Assembly (NCBI RefSeq): GCF_003918875.1
Contig: NW_025767007.1
Span: 868,001 to 932,000, forward strand
Source of the DNA: Haliotis rubra
Lineage: Eukaryota
DNA: 64,000 nucleotides
Reading direction: 5' to 3'
The first letter of the stretch is position 1. Each line of letters opens with the position of its first letter. The translations under genes were made by a program, and so were the position numbers. A model generated the notes under the pieces. That model did not search any database and was not told where the DNA came from. It worked only from the letters and a program-made list of their open reading frames with translations. This document shows positions 26,301-38,160 of the stretch, piece by piece.

Positions 26301-27820
26301 CAAAACAAATGCTATTACAAATAAAACTGACATGATATAATTCAATTAACCACATAGGTAAAGAGGCTGAATAATTCTAGTTCTAATCACATGATGGTGA
26401 TTCAAAATATTTGTTGCATTCACGAATACTTGATGGTATGAAAGACTATCGAGCTCTGTTTGTTTGTGGGAAAGGTAATCGACAGCAGCGTCCAGAAGGA
26501 AGTAGATCAAAATGATGAGATCAAATATGTCAACTATCAAATCTAATTTTAGCTGCCTTTTTGACAATCTGGCGCTCATAGATAAAGGGAATATACTCGA
26601 AAGACACTCCAGAAATTTTGCAAGCAGTATTAACAATTTTGAAAAGTTTGTTTTTGTTGCGATGAGACAGATCCCCATACCAACATAGAACATTGTAGGT
26701 CAACACACTTTGAATAAAGGTTTGATAAAAAACTGTCATTACGGTTTTGTCAATGCCTTGACGATAATAATGTTCAGAATCAGAAATTAGGCCAGTAACA
26801 GTGGCGTCATCTGCGAATTTCACAGTAAACAAGTCATATATTGACAAGTAACAGTCATTGGTATACAAAACGAAGAGTACGGATGAAGGAACACAGCCAT
26901 GTGGATCTCCAGTAGAGGTTGAGAGAAAAGAAGATTGATAGCCATTGACACTGACGTACCGAGTTCTATGTACCCTGAATCTTTAACCCATCTGATAATG
27001 GTTTCATTAACACCTAGATTAAATAGTTTACTCCTCACACGGTGTGGCTGTATGGTATTAGTTGCTACAAGTCTGCAGATGAGAGTAAATATTATACATC
27101 GTTTGAGATTTCACTTCTTAAAATGATTAGGTAAATATATATAATTTTGATAGTAAAAACAAGCCCATTTAAATTGAAAAGGAGCCCCAGGGAGACCAGA
27201 GATTCAGAACCTGAACCTGAGGAAATCTAGACTTGCTTTATTTAGGGCTTTAGCACTGCAGAGAGGGCTTGGCAGTAGGGAAATTAATGTGGTTCATGGA
27301 CTGAGACAGACTAGTACACGTTTACAAGTCAATTATACGGTGTTATAATTTATTAGCAAAGGCAAGCTGAAAAAAGACTGTATATATCTAGAACACACAA
27401 ACAGTGGTGCCCTTTGTTTTACAAAATCATAACTATGAACATTTATGTACATTTCCGATCGAAATAGCATGCATATGTTTGAAAATAATGGTTTTGGAAC
27501 TGGCCCTATTAGTTGTATATATAGATCTAACCACAACAACGATATTCCTCTGATAGGAATCGATCGAAAGTCCAGATTTGATCATTTTGTCTTGAAAATC
27601 AACATGTATCTGTTTGTCGAGAAAGAATAATTATATATCCGTGTTTTAATATGATAAACATAAGCTGGTATTTCAGGAATTTGTTTCAATACTGATCAAT
27701 TTGTTAATGGTTATTACTTGCTATAGCCTAAAATAGATTCATAATGTTATGAAAATGTGTCTTTGTTGATATTTTGCTGTTAGATAGTCTTAACAGTCTT
27801 TTGTCAACTGATAGAAGAAG
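23343..27820. repeat. Local direct duplication: 23343-24749 vs 25352-26023 plus 27137-27820
   Basis: Near-identical sequence, with duplicate ORF calls 24254-24460/27333-27539 and 24366-24551/27445-27630. The second copy is split by a ~1.1-kb insertion. Confidence 0.92.
26190..27055 (-). mobile_element. Degenerate Rex1/CR1-group LINE reverse-transcriptase fragment
   Basis: SKLFNLGVNETIIRWVKD, LFVLYTNDC, VKFADDATVTGLIS, VFYQTFIQSVLTYNVLCWYG across broken frames. Confidence 0.8.
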
Positions 27821-28138
27821 GATATTCAGTGAAATCTGTACACCACTGACGAAAGTGTGTCTCAAACATGATAACAGTCGAAGGGAGATAACAGAACCAC
27901 TATATTGTGTCAGGTGGTACTATTTGATCGATGCTTTGTGTAAGCATTTGTAAATACTAAAAACGTGTCCTCAGATCTCTGTGAGTGTGTGTGTGTGTGT
28001 GCGTGTGCGTGTGCGAGTGCGTGTGTGCGTTCTTTTGTGTGTTTTGTCTGCTTCAACTGTCGTTCACCTGGATACCAGTTATGCATTCAGAACTCTCGCT
28101 GTTATAATTTACATATCTGGTATCATCATGTCCATTTT

Positions 28139-28516
28139 GGATAGCCAAACTAGTAGTTAAAGCGTTGGCTCGTCACGCCGAAGACCTGGATTCGATTCCC
28201 CACATGGGTGCAATGTGTGAAGCCCATTTCTTGATTCTCCCCGCCATGATAATGCTGGAACATTGTGAAAAGCGGCGTAAAATCATATTTACTCCTCATG
28301 ACCAATGCAGCGTGTGACTTCGACCTTCACTCTCAACGATAGTCTGTCATACAGATAATGACTGACTGACTGACTAATTGAGTTTGGTTTTACGCCGCTT
28401 TTAGCAATACTCCAGCAACATCACGGCGAGGGACACCAGAAATACACTAGATTCGAACCCAGGTCTTCGGCGTGACGAGCCAACGCTTTAACCATTAGGC
28501 TACCCCACCGCCCCCA
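28139..28516. mobile_element. Two SINE family A copies tail-to-tail (28139-28290 +; 28362-28514 -)
   Basis: Consensus match; the second copy has TSD catacagataatga. Confidence 0.8.
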
Positions 28517-28788
28517 TACAGATAATGAAACACATTTACCTTGTGAAGCCCAAGCAAGTCTAAAATATGTGTCAAGTGTAGATTACTACAGTGTCGGGTA
28601 GTAAGTCTCTGGGCTCTTTTATATTATAGACTGTAGATCTAATCTAGGAACTGTTTCTTCATATTCTGTAAATGTGGTAATTTCAGAGACTAGATGTCAG
28701 TCTATCTGGAAGCCGATGTAAAGACATGCCACCCTGTTTCTAGAGCTGGTATGATTATTGTGCTTTTAATGTGATTTCTTATTATCCC

Positions 28789-29456
28789 ATCCGTGAAAGT
28801 CCGGATTAGAATGAACCTTCAGTAACCCACGCTTGTCGTAAGAGGCGAGTCACGGGATCGGGTGGCCATGCTCGCTGGCTTGGTTGACACATGTCATCGG
28901 TTTCCAATTGCGCAGATCGATGCTCATGGTTTTGATTACTGTATTGTCTGGTCCAGACTCGATTATTGACAGACCGCCGCCATATAGCTGGAATATTGCT
29001 GAGTGCGGCGTAAAACTAATCTTACTCACTCACTCTTATTATCCCCAAGAATGCCCGCATGAGATACATTGACAAGTCCTATATTAATCCCCAGAAACCT
29101 TATATTTGTTTGTTTGTTGTTTAACGCCACACTCAGCGATATCCCAGCTCTGTGATGTAAATAATCGAGTTTTGACAATCCAGACAATCCAGTGATTGAC
29201 ACCATGAGCATCGATCTTCGCAACTGGGATACGACGACATACATCAACCAAGGCAGCGAGCCTGACGACTCGATCCCGTTAGACGCCTTGAAGTGAGTGA
29301 GTGAGTTGGGTTTTTGCCGCTTTTAGCAATATTCCAGCGATATCACGGCGGGGAACACAGGCATGGGCTTCACACATTGTACCCATGTGTGGAATCGAAC
29401 CCGGGTCTTCGGCATGACGAGCGAACGCTTTAACCACTCGGCTACCCCACCGCCCC
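28789..29456. mobile_element. SINE cluster: family B + (28789-29035), family B - (29104-29290), family A - (29292-29456)
   Basis: Matches to both in-window consensuses. Confidence 0.8.
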
Positions 29457-29884
29457 AGTTGCCTTGGACACTTGACGACCTGATGGCTCCGTAATTAACT
29501 GAGTGAATGTTGTTTACGCTTCAGCCAGATGTAGTTATTCAGTACCATGCCAACTTGGACCACAAGCCTACTCCTTACGTCAACGTTTTGGTTGTTTACA
29601 TGGAGTCTTTGACGGATATATTTTATGGCAACTGTCGCCATTCCGTAATCCGGCCTCAGCATCCTTGGGAAAGTCGAGAAGTGAAAGTTAATCATAGTGC
29701 CGACTAGATGTAAACAGTAACACTGTTCTGAAGTCGTATCTCAATCTGGACTGAACCAGAAATGTTTACGACTGAAGTGGTCACGAATTCATGGTCAATT
29801 CGTAGGAGAAGTCGCTATCGCTCGTCGCTTGCAAAACACAATAAAGTAGATCAGTTATTTCCCTTCGACTCAAATTGTGAATGA

Positions 29885-30092
29885 GCGAGTGAGTTGAGTT
29901 TTACGCCGCACTAAGCAATATTCCCGCGGCGGTCTGTGCATAATCGAGTCTGGACCAGACAATCCAGTGATCAACTGCATGGGCATCGATCTGCGCAATT
30001 GGGAACCGATGACATATGTCAACCAAGTCAGCGAGCCTGACCACCCAATCCCGTTAGTCGCCTCTTACTTCAAGCATGGGTTACTGAAGACC
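29885..30092 (-). mobile_element. SINE-like family B copy
   Basis: Consensus match. Confidence 0.8.
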
Positions 30093-30112
30093 AATATTCC
30101 ATTGAAAAAGTG

Positions 30113-30122
30113 CATAGGCGGA

Positions 30123-30159
<37 letters not shown>

Positions 30160-30298
30160 GCGTGTGCGTGTGCGCGTGCGCGTGCGCGCAACCCCCTTTT
30201 GTCCTGAACGTTTATAAAATGACCATTGGAATTGAAGTGTGCACCCAATTTCTCAAGAGTGTGCACTCTACTTTCTCAAAAAGCTGTATCCGCCCCTG
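30113..30298. mobile_element. Small hAT-like MITE containing a (GT)n/(GTGC)n microsatellite
   Basis: cataggcggatcc ... tgtatccgcccctg imperfect TIR; TSD unclear. Confidence 0.55.
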
Positions 30299-31629
30299 AA
30301 ATGGTCGAATGTAACATATGTTTTATTTGGGATTACACTTTCTCAGTAAAGTACAGATTCTAGAACTTTTGTTGGGTTGAGTCCATCAGGGATTCGAACC
30401 CACACCCAGAGGTAGGCACCTAATCACCAGCTTTCTGAGCCTCATTCTGGCGGTTTCAGGAAAATGTCCACAAGTAAAATCACATCACAATCCGAACGCG
30501 CACATGATACCGCGCAAGTACAACAAAGACGTACAAACATGATGAGGACTTTATTTGTCAAGATAGCATCTTTGCATCCTCCTCTAAAACAACGGTATTT
30601 GACAGATAACGTCATTCTGTCGTGCCTTGAGCAGTGTTCAGATAGAAACTATTCACTCCCCTCTAAGACAGGGTTAAGGTCAACCAAACTAAAGAAAGGT
30701 TAAAGAGACTGGGGCATTGTATAATACACAACAGGATCAATTGTAATGGAAACTCATACAAATGAATTGTTTCTAATATTGTGATGGCTGTTGGTGATTT
30801 TACGTGTGCTTCCAGTTATTGCTAATTTGGCACACGTAAACTGATAATGGTCTGAATAAAGATGGTCCTGTCGCCATTGTCCGATGTTTTCCTACTGTCT
30901 TAAGCGTCAATAGTGTGTTAACGCAGTGTTTGTGTCTGATGACTATAAGCCCGGTTTTGAGAGGGTCTTGCGTCTTATTTATGTTTAGTTAAGCTGCTGA
31001 GTTCAGTTCCATGTAAAAATAATGATGATAATAACATTGATGGGGATTTCTAACTTCTCTATTTATCTTATTCATCAAATCTTGATTGATGTACATCATA
31101 GATATAGCTGACGAAATTGGTGCTTCAGTGATGTGACAAAATAACTACTGGGCCAAGTTCACCGCTAATCAAAGTATCAATTTTGAGTTGGCAGATAAAA
31201 GCTGGTTTTTGAAAACAATTTAGTTGAACCATTCTATGTGGTGACAAGGCCACCTTTAAGGACAGGTAGATGTTAATTCACATCAAATGATGTTACCAGC
31301 TAAGGCGATTGGTACCAAGTAACACTACAGGTGAAGTGAAATCTCGTTATCTCGAGTGGATAAGGGGTGTGATAAAGATGGTCCACTAGCATCTCAGTTA
31401 AACCAGTCGTGCCAGATTCATCATAGAAGTTAACCACACTGGTGGAACCCATGAGCTTGGTGTGAGAATGATACTGACAGTCCGTGGATATCAGCGGATC
31501 CTGGCATTTGCTAAGAATAGCAATTCTGCAGCTTGAGAAAGATCCTTTACAGACCATATAAGTAGAATGAAGGTTCAATTCTGATAAATATTTTCCTATA
31601 TTGATTTGAACAACATACAATTATCATTG

Positions 31630-31760
31630 TATACTCATGCCAATAATGGTTGTCACCCCCTTCAATTTTTTTAATTGGAGAGGGGCTGTGGGGTGGGGGT
31701 GTGAGGTGTGTGTGGGGTTGGGGTGGGGAGGGGGTGACAACCATTATTGGCATGAGTATA
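31630..31760. mobile_element. Tiny Tc1/mariner-type MITE with a perfect 30-bp inverted repeat
   Basis: tatactcatgccaataatggttgtcacccc / ggggtgacaaccattattggcatgagtata. Confidence 0.85.
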
Positions 31761-32105
31761 TAATTATCTTTGTACAATTATCATTGTATGTTGCAGAGCT
31801 CATTGTTCTGTGTTGTCAGCGTTCATATTTTTGAGGACATCGGTTATACGAAGCGTTCCATCAGATATCTACAGCGAACTAAAGGAATTCTTCATAAACA
31901 GCACAAGTCCTATCCACGATTGGGTACCGGTACTTAGGAACGTAGATTGTCTTGTTCGGCTTATACTAGGTTTGATTTCGTAACCGATATTATATCCTAA
32001 AACTTACATTTCGCTCCTCTAAGAAATTCGTGCCATGAACAATAAATAAATGGTAACTTTTGAATTCAACTTAACGCCAACGGAACAACTGAACGTTTCA
32101 GAAAC

Positions 32106-32276
32106 ACTGACTGACTTACTGAGTTTGGTTTTACGCCGCTTTTAGCAATATTCCAGCAACATCACGGCGGGGGACACCAGAAATGGGCTTCACACATTGT
32201 ACCCATGTGGGGAAACGAACCCGGGTCTTTGGCGTGACGAGCGAACGCTTTAACCACTGGGCTACCCCACCACCCC
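32106..32276 (-). mobile_element. SINE family A copy
   Basis: Consensus match. Confidence 0.85.
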
Positions 32277-35200
32277 TTGGGTTTAGATAACGAGAAGACA
32301 CAGAATGTTGAAAAAGAACGTAACGCCTTTGAAGCAATAGAAATAGATCGTGTTATTCATAATCTGTCGGGAAAGAGAAAGTATTCATCCATGCTTGATG
32401 AAATGTAACGAAGGGAAAATGGTTATTGGATTGTGATGTACTTGTTACATGCATAAGTGTTTCGGCAAATACAATCTAATTACATTTTGAAAGCTTCTGT
32501 ACCATTTGGTTGAAATCGAATTATCAAATTTTTTCTTCCCTTTGTTTGCAGTATACTTCGAGACAAGCGGTGTGCCAATGTTAGATGATTCGAAATATAA
32601 GGATTCATCCAGTTCTGTACTGTCACAATGTCTCAAGCAAGATCTAAAATAGATGAGGTGCCAACCACCCTCGATTATCCAGTATGTTGGCTGAGAGAGG
32701 ATGGTTTACTCTATATTAAGAATATATACGCATACAATACAAAGACGACCTAGACTACATATTTGCTTGGGTATACTGCTGAAAGTTAAAACATACTTCT
32801 TTCTTCACAAACAAGTTTTTGTGTTGTTTTGTGTGGGGTAAGGTCCACATTTATGATCAACGTTCGTACATTCAGAAACTACACGAATAGTTAAATCGGA
32901 TTTACGATATTCTTCCACTAAAGATGTATTAATGACGTATTAATTATTTTGAAGGTGATATGACACACACATAAATTGAAGGAGATATCGGTGATGTGAT
33001 ACATAAATACATGAATTCTCATAAACTCGAAATCTTTGCAAATCCAATTAGACGGATTTCAAGAAACGGGGGTACCGATATTTTACATGGAAATTGTAAG
33101 ACTAGGACAAACATGATCATGTGATGTGCCCCAGGTTTCTATGGCACAATGCATGACTCTAATTTAAACAGGCAGAACATGACAGTAACATACCATATGT
33201 AATGCTAACAGAAGGGAATCTATCCATTGTTCTCCATACTTACAGTCTGTGTATTCAGTGAGTCCTGTTCCATCATAATTAATTCCCCTGCACAATGACA
33301 TTGAATCTATATTATTTTGATGCAACTGACCAGTAAATTATACCGCTATACTATATCGCTTATTCGTCCAACCTTGAAGTGACATCGTCAAAAGCGATAT
33401 GTCGAGGTAATGTTCGAGTTAACTAGTTTTCACTGAAATCAACAACGATCTATAGAAAATACGCTCAAGACCTGGGCCCAGTTCCACAAAACGATCTTAG
33501 TCCTAAGACCCAGTAACTCTAGAAGTCGTAACTCCAATTCCTATACCTAGATTTACGTAAGTCATAGCGCTGAGATGGTTCTTTTCGGAATGGTCCATAG
33601 CTTCTTTCTCCGTCTGCCGACAGGTGGCGTGTTGTAAAGATGAAATGTCCGTCATAAAGCTAACGACCTACCTTGTTTGATGAGTTGTTTAGACAAACAT
33701 CTACACCAAATGCAGCTTTTCCCTATATTAGCACAACTATGCGAGGTAAGAGGTATGAGATATATACATTGGTGCAAATTGTACCATGATAAGTTATTGC
33801 TTGTGGTGAATATATATCACAAGTTGTTACACTGTTTGCCAACAGGTGCAAAGTTCTAGGTGCATATATTCAGTAACTCCCTTGAATAGAGTCGGCGTTC
33901 GGATAGTATGATACTACACGAGTTGATCTCTCGTGTCATTGTAACAACAAATATCTCCACCAACGTACTGTGCACATCGTAGTAAGGTGAGCTTCAGGAG
34001 AGAAGGGATCTCGTGCTCCGGTGAGCACCGGGGGACAGGGCTGTTTTCCAGTTACTATAAAGGATGATATTGTCTCTCGGAGAAGAGAGTCCCGTGGCCC
34101 TTACTTTCCCAACACGGAATAGGGGTTGGCTTGTGTGCTTGAAGGACGAACCTCTACTAGATAAACATGGTGCTGATGGTCCTACCATGCTGAAGATGGA
34201 TAGAAGATAGTGGCATCAACGTTCGATGTGGATGCCTAGGAGAGTGTCATCCTCCGGAGCACCTGTGTACGTATGTGTCCTCCAGATGCAGGATATGTCT
34301 GGACAACCTCTGACACTGTCAACGATGAATCTGTTTGCCGTGGGAAGTTCATGAAGAATGGTATTCACAGATTTCAGACACGAGTGATTCGTCTGACACG
34401 TTGTCCAAATCTTGCGCTTGACTAGGTTGCGGATTTCTGTGAAAGACCGACATCTGCGACGGACATGCCGACTGTTCAATGGCGTTTGATGACCTTGGTC
34501 TTCATAATTCGACCTTTGTCTGCAACCTTGACCTCTGACTTGACCTACTGTGACCTCTGCTCAGCAGAAGTAGAGACTTACAGGTCCTGAGAAGGTCAAC
34601 TGTACCGTTTTTAGAACGCTTCGGGAACGTTTTTCGGTAAGGTCATCTTCAGTTCTTGTTAAGAATTGAGGGACTCGGGTATAGGCCTTTAGATGCTAGT
34701 ATTTTGCCTTCACTCTATGTTGCCAACCTTCCTGCAAAGAAACGTAAGATCCTTTAAATATGGAACTTTCGGGCACATGGAAACCCTTTAAAACAGATGC
34801 AAATTGAGAATGGTCGAGTAAAAGATGAAGACTTGTATCATACTAATGTGTGTCTTTACGTTGTCAAAGTAATATTCTAAGGTGGTGCAACAAAGCATAT
34901 ATGTGTTTTGACTTCTGTATGTTGGGTATAGAGGCATATATATCAGTAGCAAAGTAAGCCCGGAAACAAAGGATTGGGTCCGTTGTAATGTCTATGTTGG
35001 TTGTGATGGGTGCTCACAAGAGTTGGGAACATGCCTATTTTCACGTTCTACTGAAACAGTCTTGGAAGTGTCTTTGAAAATTTGAAGTATCTGATTCTGT
35101 GTGTAGCCAGTGACTAGGATAACTAATCTTCGAACCATATTGTACTCAATGTTAGATGAGAAAGAGGTATTTGTCGAAATGTGCGTATTTCATAATTGAC

Positions 35201-35813
35201 AGGATCACCAGGCCTTTTACTTCTAAAGTTCAGACATGGAAAGGCGACTGTCCCTGTATCCGGAGGTCCTTGATATTCAAGGAACAGATGTTTTACAGGA
35301 TTTAACCAAATACCATAATTTTAAGTGTATTTTATTTATTAACTCAAACGAAGCAGAGAAACATTAAAATCCTGCAATGAACATTTTCGTTGGTCGACAC
35401 TAACACCAGTGTCTTTGCAACATGTGCGATGTCTAATGTAGGATGTGATGAGCCAGACCATTGCACACTTCTTGAGGATTGTGTGACAGATACAACCACT
35501 ACCATTGAAATGATTTGAATGATCATGTATGAACATAAGCTCTAAATATGTGCATACATAAACATGATACATCTCTTCTACCACAATAAACAATCACTAT
35601 CAGCTAGTTTGCTGTTAGGCCACAACAAATCCAGTATTTGGTCGTAGGATACAAGTCGGAGGTTTTTATTTATAACAAATGACATTCTGAATACAACACT
35701 AAAAGGTTAAACATCAAAATGTTTTTTGACATTCGCAAGAATCGCAGAAAACGTGACTAAACTACTCGTAAATCATAACTAGTCAGACATGAGGTATCAA
35801 TGGCTTATCTTTA

Positions 35814-36243
35814 TATACTCCCCATCAAAAGTTTAGACTCACTAGTGTAAATGTAGCCACTTACTTCAGTCAACTGTTCTGAACTAGATTAAAAAAATAA
35901 TCCATACAGTTTAAAGATACTGTTTATACATGAGCTGATGCATTGTAAAACAAATTCGCGACGTTGAAAAGTTTATTGTCATGTGTTCATTAAATGATGA
36001 AACTCGGTGAAAAAGGGCAATTTGTTATCAAAACTTTACACCAAAACGCAGCTGTTCACATGCACGATATTTGCACAATGCTTTTCAGTAATTTGATGCA
36101 TGATCCTCGTGCAATTAATCTGCATAAGGTTTCCAGATGTTTCCCCAAGTTAGTGGAAAAATTCATCTTGGTTGTAACCATATGTACATACATATCTTAT
36201 AGTGATTGATTTAAGCGAGTCTAAACTTTTGATGGGTAGTATA
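35814..36243. mobile_element. Tc1-like MITE
   Basis: cccatcaaaagtttagactc / gagtctaaacttttgatggg with TA ends. Second full copy at 54060-54468, truncated copy at 50660-50851. Confidence 0.85.
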
Positions 36244-37289
36244 TTCTCATAAACTTGGCAAAGATCCTTCAAGGGAGGTAACATTTACGTTATATCCTAA
36301 ACACCTACGTGAATAATTGTTCGACTATATGACAGTGACCTGCAAGTAATCGTGTCACGACCAGAAAACCGTGTGATTGATATCACGATCATCGATCAGA
36401 CGCTGGGGTACGATGACTCGCTGACTCGTGTTCAAGCCTGACGACCAGATCCATTACGTCGTCTCTTACATTAAGCATAGGTTTCTTGGAACCAGTTATA
36501 CGGCGGAATCAGCCTGAGTTCAAAAGAACATTCCAACTCCGACGAACAAATATTAATTTGTTATTTCCTTATCAGCTAATTGTGTGACGTTTCGCTTCAC
36601 GGGTGTAATTACAACTCATTAATGCCACGCGCGATTGTTCTGACATTTTGTACGAAACTAACGTCACAATAAATGAGAAAATTACAAGACAACATCGTAA
36701 CATTAATGGGGCTTATTGCATTTGAGCACGCTGTGACTGGCTAATGATATCTCTGTAATTAAATCATATGTGTAGTCAAGCCAGAATTCTTTTCATCATA
36801 TTTGGTAGACATTACAACCTTCCCATTGTTCCCCCTGTTTAGTTCCGAACTGACTGGGATAAACGCATTCTTTAAATGATTTCTTATATATGATAATAAA
36901 CAGACCCAATCCATGCTTGTCGTAAGAGGCGACTAACGGGATCGGGTGGTCAGGCTCGCATTACAAATGTTCATGATGTTGATCACTGGGTTGTCTGGTC
37001 CAAACTCGATTATTTACAACAAACAAAACAAAATGATAAACAGGCCAACGACACAAACAGACACAGTTTCCTATTGGCCAGTTTTAGAGCATTATTAAGT
37101 TTTATACAGAAGAAATTTGTAGATTTAAGTGTTTACTGCGACAGAAATGATTTGAATTGGGCCTTATTAAATGTTTATCAGCAGTGAAGTTTTGAAGGTT
37201 TTAATAAAATCCTTGCTTCCTTTTGGCTAAGACTGAAGCCAGTGGGTTTGTTGATGACGTCAGTGACGAGAATGGTGAGTTATATGACA

Positions 37290-38160
37290 GACAGATTGTG
37301 CATCGAATGACCAATGGATTGTGCATGATCTAAGGGACGGCTGTGACCGAGGATTATGCGTTATATAACAGTTTGATTGTGCGTGGTCTGACTGAAGGAT
37401 AGTGCGTGGTCTGACTGACCAATGGGTTGTGCATGATCTAAGGGAGGGCTGTGACCGAGGATTATGCGTTATATATAACAGTTTGATTGTGCGTGGTCTG
37501 ACTGAAGGATTGTGCGTGGTCTGACTGACCAATGGATTGTGCATGATCTAAGGGAGGGTTGTGACCGAGGATTATGCGTTATATAACAGTTTGATTGTGC
37601 GTGGTCTGACTGACCAATGGATTGTGCATGATCTAAGGGAGGGTTGTGACCGAGGATTATGCGTTATATAACAGTTTGATTGTGCGTGGTCTGACTGAAG
37701 GATTGTGCGTGGTCTGACTGACCAATGGATTGTGCATGATCTAAGGGAGGGCTGTGACCGAGGATTATGCGTTATATAACAGTTTGATTGTGCGTGGTCT
37801 GACTGAAGGATTGTGCGTGGTCTGACTGATCAATGGATTGTGCATGAAGGGATTGTGCGTGGCTGTGACTGACCAATGGTTGTGCATGATCTAAGGGAGG
37901 GCTGTGACCGAGGATTATGCGTTATATAACAGTTTGATTGTGCGTGGTCTGACTGAAGGATAGTGCGTGGTCTGACTGACCAATGGATTGTGCATGATCT
38001 AAAGGAGGGTTGTGACCGAGGATTATGCGTTATATAACAGTTTGATTGTGCGTGGTCTGACGTGAAGGATTGTGCGTGGTCTGACTGAAGTATTGTGCGT
38101 GGTCTGACTGAAGATTGTGCGTGGTCTGACTAAAGGATTGTGGGAGGTCTGACCGAGGAT
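37290..38160. repeat. ~107-bp satellite built from ~22-bp subunits
   Basis: Recurrent gattgtgcgtggtctgactga / gtgcatgatctaagggagggctgtgaccgaggattatgcgttatataacagttt. Confidence 0.9.

Noticed and set aside
33990-34560. GC-richer segment with short minus-strand ORFs
   Set aside because: No recognisable domain or consistent splice frame; may be UTR.
34696-34731. Possible terminal pLGIC exon (tttgcAG|EGWQHRVKAKY*)
   Set aside because: Good acceptor and correct phase, but only 11 codons, 8.4 kb away and with no recognisable motif; it cannot be supported without cDNA.
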